Below are positions 38,359-47,682 of a stretch of 64,000 bases of DNA, piece by piece. Position numbers and translations under genes: made by a program. Below the pieces are notes generated by a model. It had not been told where the DNA came from. It saw nothing but the letters and a program-made list of their open reading frames with translations, and made no database searches. Source of the stretch: Chloroflexota bacterium (lineage in GTDB: Bacteria; Chloroflexota; Limnocylindria; Limnocylindrales; CSP1-4); NCBI GenBank assembly GCA_025935925.1, contig JAICUI010000001.1:77605-141604 (forward strand), read 5' to 3'. Positions within the stretch are counted from its first letter, which is position 1. Every line of letters begins with the position of its first letter.

Positions 38359-39666
38359 TCAGGCAGGATCGGGGATCGGCGGCGGCGGCGTCGCCGCCGG
38401 GCCCGTCCGCGGCTCCGGCGACGCCGCGCGCCGGAACAGCGCCCATGCGAGCACGGCCGCCACGAGCGTGATCGTGGCGCCCATCGCGAATACGGTGCGC
38501 ATCCCGACGACGTCGGCGAGGATCCCGGCAGCGGCCATCGACGCGATCGTCGCCGTCTGGATCGCGGCATTGAGCGCCCCGGCCACGCGGCCGCGCGTCG
38601 CGTCCGTGGTCGACCGCTGCACGATCGTCATCGTCGTCGCCTGGACGGGCATCACGAACGCGCCGACGGCGAACAGGATGGGCAACAGCGCGAGCGGGCC
38701 CGGAGCGATCGCGAGCAGGGCGATGCAGGCCGCGACGCCCGCGAGCCCGCCCGTGAACAGCCGCGGCGCGCTGACGCGCGCGGCGAGGCCGGCGAGCACC
38801 ACGCCGGACACGACCATCGAGAGCGTCTGCGCGCCCTCCAGCAGCCCGGCCCACGCGGGGCTCGCGCCGAGCTCGTCGACCAGGAACGGGATGAACAGGA
38901 CGTTGATCGCGCCGATGCCGAGCATCGTCACGGCGACGCCGCCGAGGGCCGCGAGCAGCGGGCCGCTGCGCGCGATCACGCCGAGTCCTTCGGCGACGGC
39001 CGACGCCAAGCCGCGCGCCCGGACCGCGGCGACGGCGTCGGCCGCCGGCCTGCCCAGGTCGCGCGACACGCCGACGACGACGACGGCCGACACGAGGAAG
39101 CTCGCGGCGTCCACGACGAACACCGGCCAGACGACGCCGGCCGTCCCGGCGATGACGCCCGTCACGGTCCCGCCGACCACGCTGCCCGCCATCCGCGTGA
39201 CCTGGCCGAGCGAGTTCGCGGCGAGCAGCCCGTCGCGTGGCACCGCCCGCGGCAGCATCGCGATCCGTGCCGGCGAGAAGAACGTGCCGATCACGGCCTG
39301 CACCGTGGCCAGCGCGAACATCGCCGGCAGCGACCCGGCCAGGACGGCCGGGACGAGGAGCAGGACGACGCCCGCTCGCGCGCTGTCCGACACGACCATG
39401 ATCCGGCGCCGGTCGGCGCGGTCTGCCCAGGCACCGGCAAACAGCCCGATGGTCACGGGCGGGAGGGCGATCAGGATCGACATCAGCGCGATCGCCGCCG
39501 CGGATCCGGTGAGGTGGAGCACGGCCAGGAACAGCGCGAGGTAGGTCATCCCGTCCCCGACGTCCGAGATGGCCTGCGCGACGTACAGGCGGCGGAAGTC
39601 CCGGAGTCGCAGGAGGTCGCGTGTCCCGGTGGGGCGCGCTGTCGCGGCAGCGGTCGGCTCAGGCAC
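38359..39666 (-). CDS. MFS transporter with Pro-rich C-terminal tail
   Basis: GTG start 2 nt after the ArsR stop. 12 TM helices. Upstream in-frame Ser/Pro-rich stretch rejected. Confidence 0.8.
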   Translation of the reverse strand: MPEPTAAATARPTGTRDLLRLRDFRRLYVAQAISDVGDGMTYLALFLAVLHLTGSAAAIALMSILIALPPVTIGLFAGAWADRADRRRIMVVSDSARAGVVLLLVPAVLAGSLPAMFALATVQAVIGTFFSPARIAMLPRAVPRDGLLAANSLGQVTRMAGSVVGGTVTGVIAGTAGVVWPVFVVDAASFLVSAVVVVGVSRDLGRPAADAVAAVRARGLASAVAEGLGVIARSGPLLAALGGVAVTMLGIGAINVLFIPFLVDELGASPAWAGLLEGAQTLSMVVSGVVLAGLAARVSAPRLFTGGLAGVAACIALLAIAPGPLALLPILFAVGAFVMPVQATTMTIVQRSTTDATRGRVAGALNAAIQTATIASMAAAGILADVVGMRTVFAMGATITLVAAVLAWALFRRAASPEPRTGPAATPPPPIPDPA

Positions 39667-40294
39667 CGGTCGGCTCCGTGGCCGTGACGGGATAGACGGC
39701 GAGGACGATCCCCCAGGGCTGGGCGCCGTCGGCGGGGTCGGCGTCGTCGAACTCGGCCTCGAGCTCGAGCAGGCGGCGGCGCAGCTCGGCGGCTCGCTCG
39801 GGCGTGAGCTGGACGAGGCCGCGCGTAACGAGCATCCGGTCGTCGCCACCCGGCCCGGCGACGGCGGCGCCCGCGCGGATCGCCTGCTCGACCTCGTCCC
39901 GGGCCGTGTCGAACACCGCGACGAGGGTGTCGTGCAGGACGGCCCGCGTCGCCTCGTCGGCCTCCGCCGCGAACATCCGCCGGTCGAGCTGGAACGTCAG
40001 GGCCGCCGGCCGGTAGCGGGTCTCGATGATCCCCGAGACGACGCGGCGTTCGACGGCCCGGATGAGGTCGTGGGCGAGCAGCTGGTCGACGTGGTGGTAC
40101 AGGCGCGTCTGCGGCACGCCGAGCGCGCCGGCGAGCTCCTTGACGGACCACGCGGCCTGGCGCTGGACCATCGTCTCCAGGATTCGGACGCGGGTCGGGT
40201 CACCGAGGGCCCGGAGCGTCTCCGGATCCGCGATGCGCTTGACCGGCTCGGGGCGGAAGTCCGGCTCGGGTTCGAAATCGTCGGCGGGCGCCAT
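39659..40294 (-). CDS. ArsR-family winged-helix transcriptional regulator with C-terminal extension
   Basis: ALGDPTRVRILETMVQRQAAWSVKELAGALGVPQTRLYHHVDQLLAHDLI. Confidence 0.75.
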   Translation of the reverse strand: MAPADDFEPEPDFRPEPVKRIADPETLRALGDPTRVRILETMVQRQAAWSVKELAGALGVPQTRLYHHVDQLLAHDLIRAVERRVVSGIIETRYRPAALTFQLDRRMFAAEADEATRAVLHDTLVAVFDTARDEVEQAIRAGAAVAGPGGDDRMLVTRGLVQLTPERAAELRRRLLELEAEFDDADPADGAQPWGIVLAVYPVTATEPTGA

Positions 40295-40402
40295 CGTGGT
40301 CGATCGCTCTCCGTGCGCTTACCATTCACAACACGTTGAACGGACAATGCGCGTTGAACGATGACGTGTCAATCCCCGTGTGCCGTCAGCCTCTCGGGCC
40401 CG

Positions 40403-41737
40403 TCAGGCCCGCTCGCGGTCCCGCGTGGCAGCGGCATCGGTCTCGGCCACGGCCGGCGCCTGTGCGATCCGGGCCGCCTCCGTGTCGGCGGTGGCGAGCT
40501 CCGCGAGGCGCTCCTGGAATGGGTCCGGGCGGAGGCTGTCGGCGACGAACCGAGCGTGGTTGAGCAGCCCGCCGGCCTCGCGCTTGTACGTCCGCTCGGC
40601 CATCGCGTGGAGGCGTCCCTCGATCAGCGCGAGCTGCTCGTCGAGCACCTGGCGGGCCGAGCGCCCGTCGAGGACCGGCTCCAGGGCGAGCTCGGACGGC
40701 AGCGCCAGGTAGTGCTCGAGGGCGCGCGGCAGGTAGTCGATGCAGATCTGGCGCACCAGCCACGTCTCGTGGTCGGTCAGGTCGAGCGCGCCCTCGTCGG
40801 GCGTGAGCGCCAGGGCGGCCTCCTCGCGGATCCGCCGCAGGGCCGCGACGTCCTCCGCCGCGACGATGCCCTCGACGCGCGTCGCAAGCCGATCGAGGGC
40901 GGCGATGATCTCGGCCTGCGTCCGAGGGTCCCCCTCCTCGACGAGCCGGATGGTGCGGCCCTCGTTGACGGGCGCGGGCTCGCGCGTCGTCTCGGTTGCC
41001 GTTGCCTCGGGCCTCCACAGCGCGGACGCTCGCGCCGCCTGGGGCAGCGCCGCGCGCGCCAGCTCGAGCTGGATCCTGCCCGCCCTCCGGCTGCGCTCGG
41101 CCGCCGCGATCCTGTCGCCGAGGGATCCGCCGATCGCGAGGATGGCGACCGGCAGCACCCAGGCGATGCCGCCCAACATGCCGCTCACGAGCGCGACCGC
41201 CGTGATCCCGGCACCGATCAGCCCGGCGAACCGGACAACCGAGGCCGTCGAGGACGACGGGGACGTGCGATCGGCGAGCGCCAGCGCCTCCTTGCGCGTC
41301 GGCGGCGCGATGTCGACGTGCCCGCCTGCCTGGGCGGTCATGAGCGCCTGCTCGAGGGACGTCAGCCGCGCCTTGTACGCCAGCCGCTCGCTCGCCTCGT
41401 CGGCCACCGCCGTCACTGCCGTGACGACCGCGGAGGCCGCGTCGCCGGCCGCCTCGAGGAAGCTGCCGCCGCCCGACCGGCGGGCCGCGCGGAGCTCCAC
41501 CTCACGCGCCTTGCCGGCGGCGCGATCGGCCCGGCGGGCGGCGCGTTCCGCGCGCTCGCGGGCGCGCTGGACCTCGCGGTCGATCCTGGCGGCCGGCCGG
41601 GAGGACCAGAAGGAAGGCGGCGTCGGCGGCGTCGGCGGCGTCGAGCCCGGCGGCGTCGCCCCGGGGCGCGGGCTACCGGCGGGCGGCTGTTGCCCGGAGC
41701 CGGGACGCGGGGGTGGTTGGAGCGGGTCCTGTGGCAC
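40403..41737 (-). CDS. Hypothetical membrane protein: Pro-rich N-term, coiled coil, 2 central TM helices, C-terminal helical domain
   Basis: 444 aa, varied composition (LVRQICIDYLPRALEHYLALP). No family recognised. Confidence 0.55.
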   Translation of the reverse strand: MPQDPLQPPPRPGSGQQPPAGSPRPGATPPGSTPPTPPTPPSFWSSRPAARIDREVQRARERAERAARRADRAAGKAREVELRAARRSGGGSFLEAAGDAASAVVTAVTAVADEASERLAYKARLTSLEQALMTAQAGGHVDIAPPTRKEALALADRTSPSSSTASVVRFAGLIGAGITAVALVSGMLGGIAWVLPVAILAIGGSLGDRIAAAERSRRAGRIQLELARAALPQAARASALWRPEATATETTREPAPVNEGRTIRLVEEGDPRTQAEIIAALDRLATRVEGIVAAEDVAALRRIREEAALALTPDEGALDLTDHETWLVRQICIDYLPRALEHYLALPSELALEPVLDGRSARQVLDEQLALIEGRLHAMAERTYKREAGGLLNHARFVADSLRPDPFQERLAELATADTEAARIAQAPAVAETDAAATRDRERA

Positions 41738-41810
41738 GGTCTAGAAGGTGCGGCATCGGGGTCGCTGGCGCAATCGCACGCGCGCCATCGCATTGGTGCA
41801 CGATTCTTGC

Positions 41811-42647
41811 ATGCCGCACCGAACTGCCGCCGTGGACCCGGCGTGGCGAGCGATCCGCGCCGCCGCCCCAGCTGCCGTGGCGGGTCCCGCGCACGCTCGC
41901 GTCACGTTCCTCGGCCACTCGACGCTGCTCATCGAGGTCGACGACCCCCGCATCCTGACGGACCCGGTCCTGCGCGACGGCATGGGTCCGATCCGCCGCC
42001 AGGTCAAGGCCGTGCTCCCGGAGCTGTTCGCGGACCTCGACGCCGTGTTCATCAGCCATGGCCACCACGACCACCTTGACCTCGCGTCGCTGCGCCAGAT
42101 CCCCGGCAAGCCGACGCTGATCGTGCCGCGCGGCTTCGGCCGGGTCGTCGCCCGGCTGCCGCTGGGACCCGTGGAGGAGGTCGAGCCGGGCGATCGCCTC
42201 TCGATCGACCGCGTCCGGTTCGAGGTCGTGCAGGCGCGGCACTCCGGGAAGCGCGAGCCCATCGGTCCCGTGGGTCCCGCCATCGGCTGCGTCATCGAGG
42301 GCTCGAAGACGGTCTACTTCCCGGGCGACACGGATCTCTTCCCGGAGATGGACGAGCTCGCCGGCCGGCTGGACCTCGCGCTGCTGCCGGTGTGGGGCTG
42401 GGGCGCGACGATCGGCCCCGGGCACATGGACCCGCAGCGCGCCGCCGAAGCCGTTGCCCGCCTGCGCCCGCGGCTCGCGATCCCGATCCACTGGGGCACG
42501 TTCTACCCGGCGGGTCTGCGCGGCTGGATGCCGGCGCCGTTCGAGACGCCCGGACCGTCGTTCGTGGAGGCCGCGGGCAGGCTCGCGCCCGACGTGGCCG
42601 TGCGGCTGCTGGCGCCGGGCGAGTCCGTCGACCTCCTCGCGGGCTGA
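41811..42647 (+). CDS. MBL-fold metallo-hydrolase
   Basis: VTFLGHSTLLIEV...FISHGHHDHLD. Confidence 0.8.
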   Translation: MPHRTAAVDPAWRAIRAAAPAAVAGPAHARVTFLGHSTLLIEVDDPRILTDPVLRDGMGPIRRQVKAVLPELFADLDAVFISHGHHDHLDLASLRQIPGKPTLIVPRGFGRVVARLPLGPVEEVEPGDRLSIDRVRFEVVQARHSGKREPIGPVGPAIGCVIEGSKTVYFPGDTDLFPEMDELAGRLDLALLPVWGWGATIGPGHMDPQRAAEAVARLRPRLAIPIHWGTFYPAGLRGWMPAPFETPGPSFVEAAGRLAPDVAVRLLAPGESVDLLAG

Positions 42648-42723
42648 TCGCCCGGCACGCCACGAGGCCCCGCCGGCGATCGACGGGGCCTCGGTGGGAG
42701 GGGGAGGAAGCGGAGCTGGCGGT

Positions 42724-42843
42724 CTAGGCGAACGCGACGTGGGCCAGCACGCCGAGCGCCATGAAGACCATCACCATCACCAGCAGCAGCGTCGGGAGGA
42801 CGCTGGCGCTGTTCGCCTGGAAGTACGGGGTCTGTGCGGACAT
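42724..42843 (-). CDS. 39-aa hydrophobic membrane peptide with a near-perfect Shine-Dalgarno
   Basis: GAAAGGAGAC lies 7 nt before the ATG. MSAQTPYFQANSASVLPTLLLVMVMVFMALGVLAHVAFA. Missing from the track because it is under 60 aa. Confidence 0.4.
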   Translation of the reverse strand: MSAQTPYFQANSASVLPTLLLVMVMVFMALGVLAHVAFA

Positions 42844-43067
42844 CTCGCGTCTCCTTTCGGTCCTGCGGGTCCGGCGCTCGGTGCGCCGGTCGATGTCCAC
42901 ATGGTGTCCCTCGCCTCGGGGCGCGCCCACCGTCACGCGTGGCGCCGCAGTGGCCATGAACGACCGCACCGGGCATGGACGGATGTCAGCCCGGGTCGCG
43001 GAGATGCGACGACCCGCGTGGACCGGGGTCGCACGCGGGTCGGAGGCGGCGTGAGCGGCGCGGGCGG

Positions 43068-43967
43068 CTAGCCGTGCGAGGCGGTCACCGCGCGGTCGCC
43101 GGTGCCGTCCGCCGTGGACGGCTCGTCGACGACGAGGGTGGTGGGCTCGATGCCGCCGCTCTGCCCGGGGAGCGGCTCGCGGACGATCGACGACGGGTCC
43201 GTGACCGGCGCGTCGCCGACCGGCATCACCGGGACCATCTCGCGATCCGTGATCCCGACCGGGTCCGTGGCGGGGGACGAGGGCTGGCCGATGCCGCGCT
43301 CCGCGGCCATCGACTTCGCGCGCGACGAGAGCTCCCGGGATCGATCGGCGACCCGCCGGGTCACCTGGTCCTTGAACCGGCTGATCTGCGCCCGGCGCTG
43401 GGCGCCGCGCTGCGGGTCCATCAGGACCGCGGCTGCGATGCCCGCGCCGATCCCGATCGCGAGGCCGCCGACCACGTAGATCGTCCGCGTCCGCACGCGG
43501 CCGCGCTCGAAGGCGCGGTCGTAGCGGTCCTTGTCCGTGTCGGGGAGCTCGCGCTCGAGCCGCGCGACGGCGCCCTTGAACTGCGCGGCGGGCATCGCCG
43601 ACCGGAGCCGCTGGGCGATCTCGTCGACGCGTGCGTCGACCTTGCGGTCGTTGGTGGACTTCGACCACTCGCGGACGACGTCCCGGACGAGGTCGGCGAT
43701 GGTCTCGAGCCGCTCGCGCGCGGCGTCCGAGGCGTCCTTCACGGTGTCCGACGCGTCCTTCATGGCGCCCTTCGCCGCGTCGGCGGCGTCCTTGGCGGCG
43801 TCGGACACGCTGGATGCGGCGTCCGAGACGCCCGAGCTCGCATCGCTCGCCCATGCACCCGGGTCGATGCCGTTGGTCGAGGGCACGTGGTCGCGGGCGT
43901 TGCTGGCGATGTCGCCGAGATCGATGGTGATGCCGTTCCGGTCGCGGATCCGGTCAAGGACGGCCAT
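43068..43967 (-). CDS. Hypothetical protein with Asp/Ala/Ser/Lys-rich repeats (SDAAKDAADAAKGAMKDASDTVKDASDAA) and one TM helix, possibly stress-associated
   Basis: CAGGAGGGG RBS, ATG at 43965-43967. TM is YVVGGLAIGIGAGIAAAVLM. Confidence 0.55.
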   Translation of the reverse strand: MAVLDRIRDRNGITIDLGDIASNARDHVPSTNGIDPGAWASDASSGVSDAASSVSDAAKDAADAAKGAMKDASDTVKDASDAARERLETIADLVRDVVREWSKSTNDRKVDARVDEIAQRLRSAMPAAQFKGAVARLERELPDTDKDRYDRAFERGRVRTRTIYVVGGLAIGIGAGIAAAVLMDPQRGAQRRAQISRFKDQVTRRVADRSRELSSRAKSMAAERGIGQPSSPATDPVGITDREMVPVMPVGDAPVTDPSSIVREPLPGQSGGIEPTTLVVDEPSTADGTGDRAVTASHG

Positions 43968-44153
43968 GGGGAGCCCCTCCTGCGCGGGTTTTCCGCACCA
44001 TGCGCCGCCCTGCATCGCGGCGTCCCCGGCGAGGTCTGCCGGGTGGTGACGGGCACGTTGCAGGCTACGCCGTTCCGTGTCTCCTGCCCACCCCCGTTTT
44101 CGGGACGGTGCCATCTCGAGACGCCGCCCGTGGCCCGCGATGTCGAACGGGGA

Positions 44154-44182
44154 TTGACAATATGGAAAGGCGACCTTATAAA
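44154..44182 (+). promoter_or_regulatory. Sigma70-like promoter TTGACA-17 nt-TATAAA inside a short AT-rich island
   Basis: TTGACA at 44154-44159 and TATAAA at 44177-44182, with GAGGT and GTG start at 44219 downstream. Local AT-richness stands out against ~72% GC. Confidence 0.4.
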
Positions 44183-44218
44183 AGCGAAAGTCCGGTTACT
44201 ACATACGAGGTCGCACGA

Positions 44219-44653
44219 GTGCCCCATGACGTCATCGCCACCTGCCCCGTCTGCTCGGGCGAGCTCGCGGTCACGCGGCTCCGCTGCGGGACGTGCGGGA
44301 CGACGATCGAGGGCGAGTTCGGCGTCGGCCGCTTCGCCCGCCTGAGCCGCGACCAGATGCAGGTGCTCGAAAGCTTCCTGCGCAGCCGCGGCAACCTTCG
44401 GGACATGGAGCGGGAGCTCCAGATCAGCTACCCCACGGTCCGTGCGCGCGTCGAGGCCCTCGTTCGCGCCCTCGGCTTCGGGCCGCGGGACGAGGCCGAC
44501 GGCGACCCCCAGCCCGCGGCCGTCGACGCCGCTCCGACGGGCGCCGCGGTCCTGGCCGCCCGGCGCGAGATCCTCGAGCGACTGGCCAGGCACGAGCTGA
44601 GCGCCGAGGACGCCGCCGAGGCGATCCGCGAGCTCGGGAGGACGCCTCGATGA
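44219..44653 (+). CDS. DUF2089 family protein (N-terminal zinc ribbon CPVC...CGTC plus HTH)
   Basis: GTG start chosen so the protein begins 7 residues before CPVCSGELAVTRLRCGTCGTTIEGEF. The alternative ATG at 44162 sits between the -35 and -10. Confidence 0.7.
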   Translation: MPHDVIATCPVCSGELAVTRLRCGTCGTTIEGEFGVGRFARLSRDQMQVLESFLRSRGNLRDMERELQISYPTVRARVEALVRALGFGPRDEADGDPQPAAVDAAPTGAAVLAARREILERLARHELSAEDAAEAIRELGRTPR

Positions 44654-45843
44654 CCCACACCTCCGCCGCCAACGCCGGCACGTCCCGGGAGCTGTCCCTG
44701 GAGCCCGGCACCTCGGTCGACATCCTGCTCACCTCCGGCAGCCTCGTCCTTCGCGGCACCGCGGACGACCGCGTGATCGTTCGCGCGCTCGACGGCGATG
44801 CGCTGGACGACGACGTCCGCGTCGACCTCGAAGCCGGCGTCCTCCGCATCCGTGACGCCGCGTCGGCGTGGAAGGTCGGACCGTTCAGCATCTCGACGCG
44901 CCGGTCGCGTGACCTCGCGATCGACGTGCCGCGGACCGCGCCCGTGGCGCTTCGGACGCTCAGCGGCGACGTCGTCGCCTCGGGCGTCGCGGCGGACAGC
45001 CGCTGGGCGACCGCGTCGGGCGACCTGCGCGTCTCGGTCGAGGGTGGCCAGGTCCACCTCGAGACGATGTCCGGCGACGCGACGCTCGATGCCATCGCGC
45101 CCGTCACGATCGACGCCCGGACGGTGTCCGGTGACCTCCGGATCCGCGCGCCTCGCGTCGCGACCCTGCACGCCAGCTCGACCAGCGGCGACGTCCGGTT
45201 CGACGGCGAGCTCGACGCGGGCAGCGAGCACCAGATCAGCTCGGTGTCGGGGGACGTGGAGCTCGCGACGAACAGCCCGATCCGCGTCACCGCCGACACG
45301 ATCACGGGCGAGGTCAGCGCCGCCGGCCCGCACCGGTCCGAGGGGTCGCGCGGCCACCGGACGCTGGTCGTCGGCGACGGTTCCGTGACGGTCTCCGTTC
45401 GGACCACGTCGGGCGACGTCCGGCTCCGCCAGGCCGACACGGCTCGTGACGAGAGTGCGCCCCGCGCGACGGCGGCGCCCGCGGCGCCCGCAGCACCTGC
45501 GCATCCGGTGGCGCCCGTGGTGCCGGTGGCGCCCGTCGCGCCCGTGGCGCCAGCGCCGCCGCTCGCCCCCGGAACCGCGACGGGCGAGCCGCCCACGGCG
45601 GCGACCGCGGCCGCGGCGGCGACCCCGGCCGCGGGCTCCGCGGAGTCGTCGCCGCGCCCGGTCGACGCCGAGGAGGACACGCACGCGTGGAACGCGCCCG
45701 GGCCGATCGTCGACCGCCGCGAGGCGGACCGGCTCGAGGTGCTCCGTGCCCTCGAGCGCGGCGATCTCGACATCGAGAGCGCCGCCCGCCGGCTCGAGAC
45801 GCTCGAGCAGGCCGGCCCGCGCTACTTCCGGGGGTGGTGCTGA
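44650..45843 (+). CDS. DUF4097 (putative adhesin / beta-helix) domain protein with Pro/Ala/Val-rich linker
   Basis: ATGA overlap. Repeated SGD(V/L)xxxx strands: TLSGDVVASG, TMSGDATLD, TVSGDLRIR, STSGDVRFD, SVSGDVELA, TTSGDVRLR. Confidence 0.75.
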   Translation: MTHTSAANAGTSRELSLEPGTSVDILLTSGSLVLRGTADDRVIVRALDGDALDDDVRVDLEAGVLRIRDAASAWKVGPFSISTRRSRDLAIDVPRTAPVALRTLSGDVVASGVAADSRWATASGDLRVSVEGGQVHLETMSGDATLDAIAPVTIDARTVSGDLRIRAPRVATLHASSTSGDVRFDGELDAGSEHQISSVSGDVELATNSPIRVTADTITGEVSAAGPHRSEGSRGHRTLVVGDGSVTVSVRTTSGDVRLRQADTARDESAPRATAAPAAPAAPAHPVAPVVPVAPVAPVAPAPPLAPGTATGEPPTAATAAAAATPAAGSAESSPRPVDAEEDTHAWNAPGPIVDRREADRLEVLRALERGDLDIESAARRLETLEQAGPRYFRGWC

Positions 45844-46244
45844 TGGACGCGAGGGACCCGCTCGAGCGCGTGCTGCAGCTCGTCGCCGACGGGCGGCTGT
45901 CGGCCGAGGAGGCGGGCCCGATCATCGCCGCCCTCGACGAGCGCGGACCCGGCGTGTCGGCCGGCGAGGCGGGCCGGCCGGGTGGTTCGACGACGGCCGG
46001 GACGTCGTCCGGCGAGCCGCCCCGGCCCGGCCAGGGCCACCTTCGCCTCGAGGTGACGGAACGCGGTCGCCAGGTCGTGAACCTGCGGCTCCCGCTCGCC
46101 GTCGGCCAATGGGCGATCGATCGCGTTCCCGGCCTGTCCGGCGACCAGGTGGACCGGGTCCGCGAGGCGCTGTCCACCGGCATGCACGGGCCGATCCTCG
46201 TGGTCGACGACGGCGATGACGTCGTCCGGATCGTCGTCGAATGA
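45843..46244 (+). CDS. Small hypothetical protein (SHOCT-like N-terminal motif)
   Basis: TGATG overlap with the upstream gene. LERVLQLVADGRLSAEEAGPIIAAL. 133 aa. Confidence 0.5.
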   Translation: MDARDPLERVLQLVADGRLSAEEAGPIIAALDERGPGVSAGEAGRPGGSTTAGTSSGEPPRPGQGHLRLEVTERGRQVVNLRLPLAVGQWAIDRVPGLSGDQVDRVREALSTGMHGPILVVDDGDDVVRIVVE

Positions 46245-47620
46245 GCCCGCTCGCGGGCGCCCGTTCGCTGCCGATGTGGCGGGCGCTCGCCGTCCGCGAC
46301 TTCCGGCTCCTGTGGTCGAGCGAGGCGGTCTCGGTCATCGGGGACCAGTTCCACTTCGTCGCGCTCGCGTGGCTCGTCATCGACGTCACGAAGTCGGGCC
46401 TCGCGCTCGGCACGATCCTGATCGCGATCGGCGTGCCGCGCGCGCTGATGCTCCTGCCGTTCGGCGTCCTCGCGGATCGCCGGCCGCCGCGGACGCTGAT
46501 GCTCGTCGCGCACCTCGCGCGCGGCGTCATCGTCGGCGCCATCGCGGCGCTCGTGCTGAGCGGCGCCGCGACGCTCCCGCTGCTCGCCGGCCTCGGCGCG
46601 CTGTTCGGCGTGTTCGACGCGCTCTACCTGCCGGCGCAGCAGTCGTTCGTGCCGCGCTCGGTCGAGCCGGACCGGCTCCCGTCCGCGAACTCGCTGCTCC
46701 AGGCGACGCTCCAGCTGTCGACCATCGTCGGTCCGCCGCTGGCCGGCGCGTTCATCGTCGCGGTCGGCACCGGCGCGGCGTTCGTGGTGGACGCCGCCTC
46801 GTTCTTCGCCGCCGCGGCGATCGTGCTCCTGATCTCGGGCCGCGGCGCGGTCACCGCAGGCCTCGATGCCGCCCGGACGGCTCCGCCGGCGGTCATGGCG
46901 GAGGAAGACGCGCCTCCCGCGGTCGCCGAGCCCGGCCCGCGTCCCGGGGCCGCCGACCGCGGCGCGCAACCGTCGTTCCTCGCGGCGATCGGGGAGGGCG
47001 TCCGGTACGTGCTCGGCGATTCGCCGCTCGCGATCACCCTCGTGCTGTCGATGGTGATCAACTTCGCGCTCAACGGCCCGGCGGCCGTCGGGATGCCGTG
47101 GCTCGCCGAAATCCGGTACCACGCGGGTCCCGCGGGTCTCGGTCTCCTGACGGCTGCGTGGGGCGCCGGCGCCCTCGGCGGAACGCTCCTGGCCGGCAAC
47201 CTCCGCGTCGCGCGACCCGGGCGGATTCTGCTCGCGAGCGTCGCCGTGTCGGGGGTCGCGATGCTCGCGGTCGCCGTCGCCCCGTGGCTCGGCCTCGCGA
47301 TGGCGGCGTTCGCGGTGATGGGCGTCATGATCGGCTTCGTCAACATCGTCGCGATCAGCTGGCTGCAGGCGCGAGTCGCGTCGCACATGCTCGGGCGGGT
47401 GATGAGCCTGACGATGCTCGTCGGGTTCGGGATCTCGCCGCTGTCGCTCGGCGTCGCAGGTGCGCTGCTCGACGTGAACGCCCCGCTCCTGTTCGTGGGC
47501 TCCGGGCTGCTGGTCACGGGCGTTGCGATCGCGGCGGCCCTCACGCGTTACCCCGCGGCCTTCGACGCGCCGGCGCCATCGACCATCACGGCGACTGCCG
47601 GGATCCGCGAGACCGCGTAG
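46241..47620 (+). CDS. MFS transporter
   Basis: ATGA overlap. 12 TM helices. 459 aa. Confidence 0.85.
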   Translation: MSPLAGARSLPMWRALAVRDFRLLWSSEAVSVIGDQFHFVALAWLVIDVTKSGLALGTILIAIGVPRALMLLPFGVLADRRPPRTLMLVAHLARGVIVGAIAALVLSGAATLPLLAGLGALFGVFDALYLPAQQSFVPRSVEPDRLPSANSLLQATLQLSTIVGPPLAGAFIVAVGTGAAFVVDAASFFAAAAIVLLISGRGAVTAGLDAARTAPPAVMAEEDAPPAVAEPGPRPGAADRGAQPSFLAAIGEGVRYVLGDSPLAITLVLSMVINFALNGPAAVGMPWLAEIRYHAGPAGLGLLTAAWGAGALGGTLLAGNLRVARPGRILLASVAVSGVAMLAVAVAPWLGLAMAAFAVMGVMIGFVNIVAISWLQARVASHMLGRVMSLTMLVGFGISPLSLGVAGALLDVNAPLLFVGSGLLVTGVAIAAALTRYPAAFDAPAPSTITATAGIRETA

Positions 47621-47682
47621 CGGAGGCAGGCGGCGTCAGCGCGGTCGCGGCAGGGCGTGGCCGGCGCGATTCCGCCGTCGCC

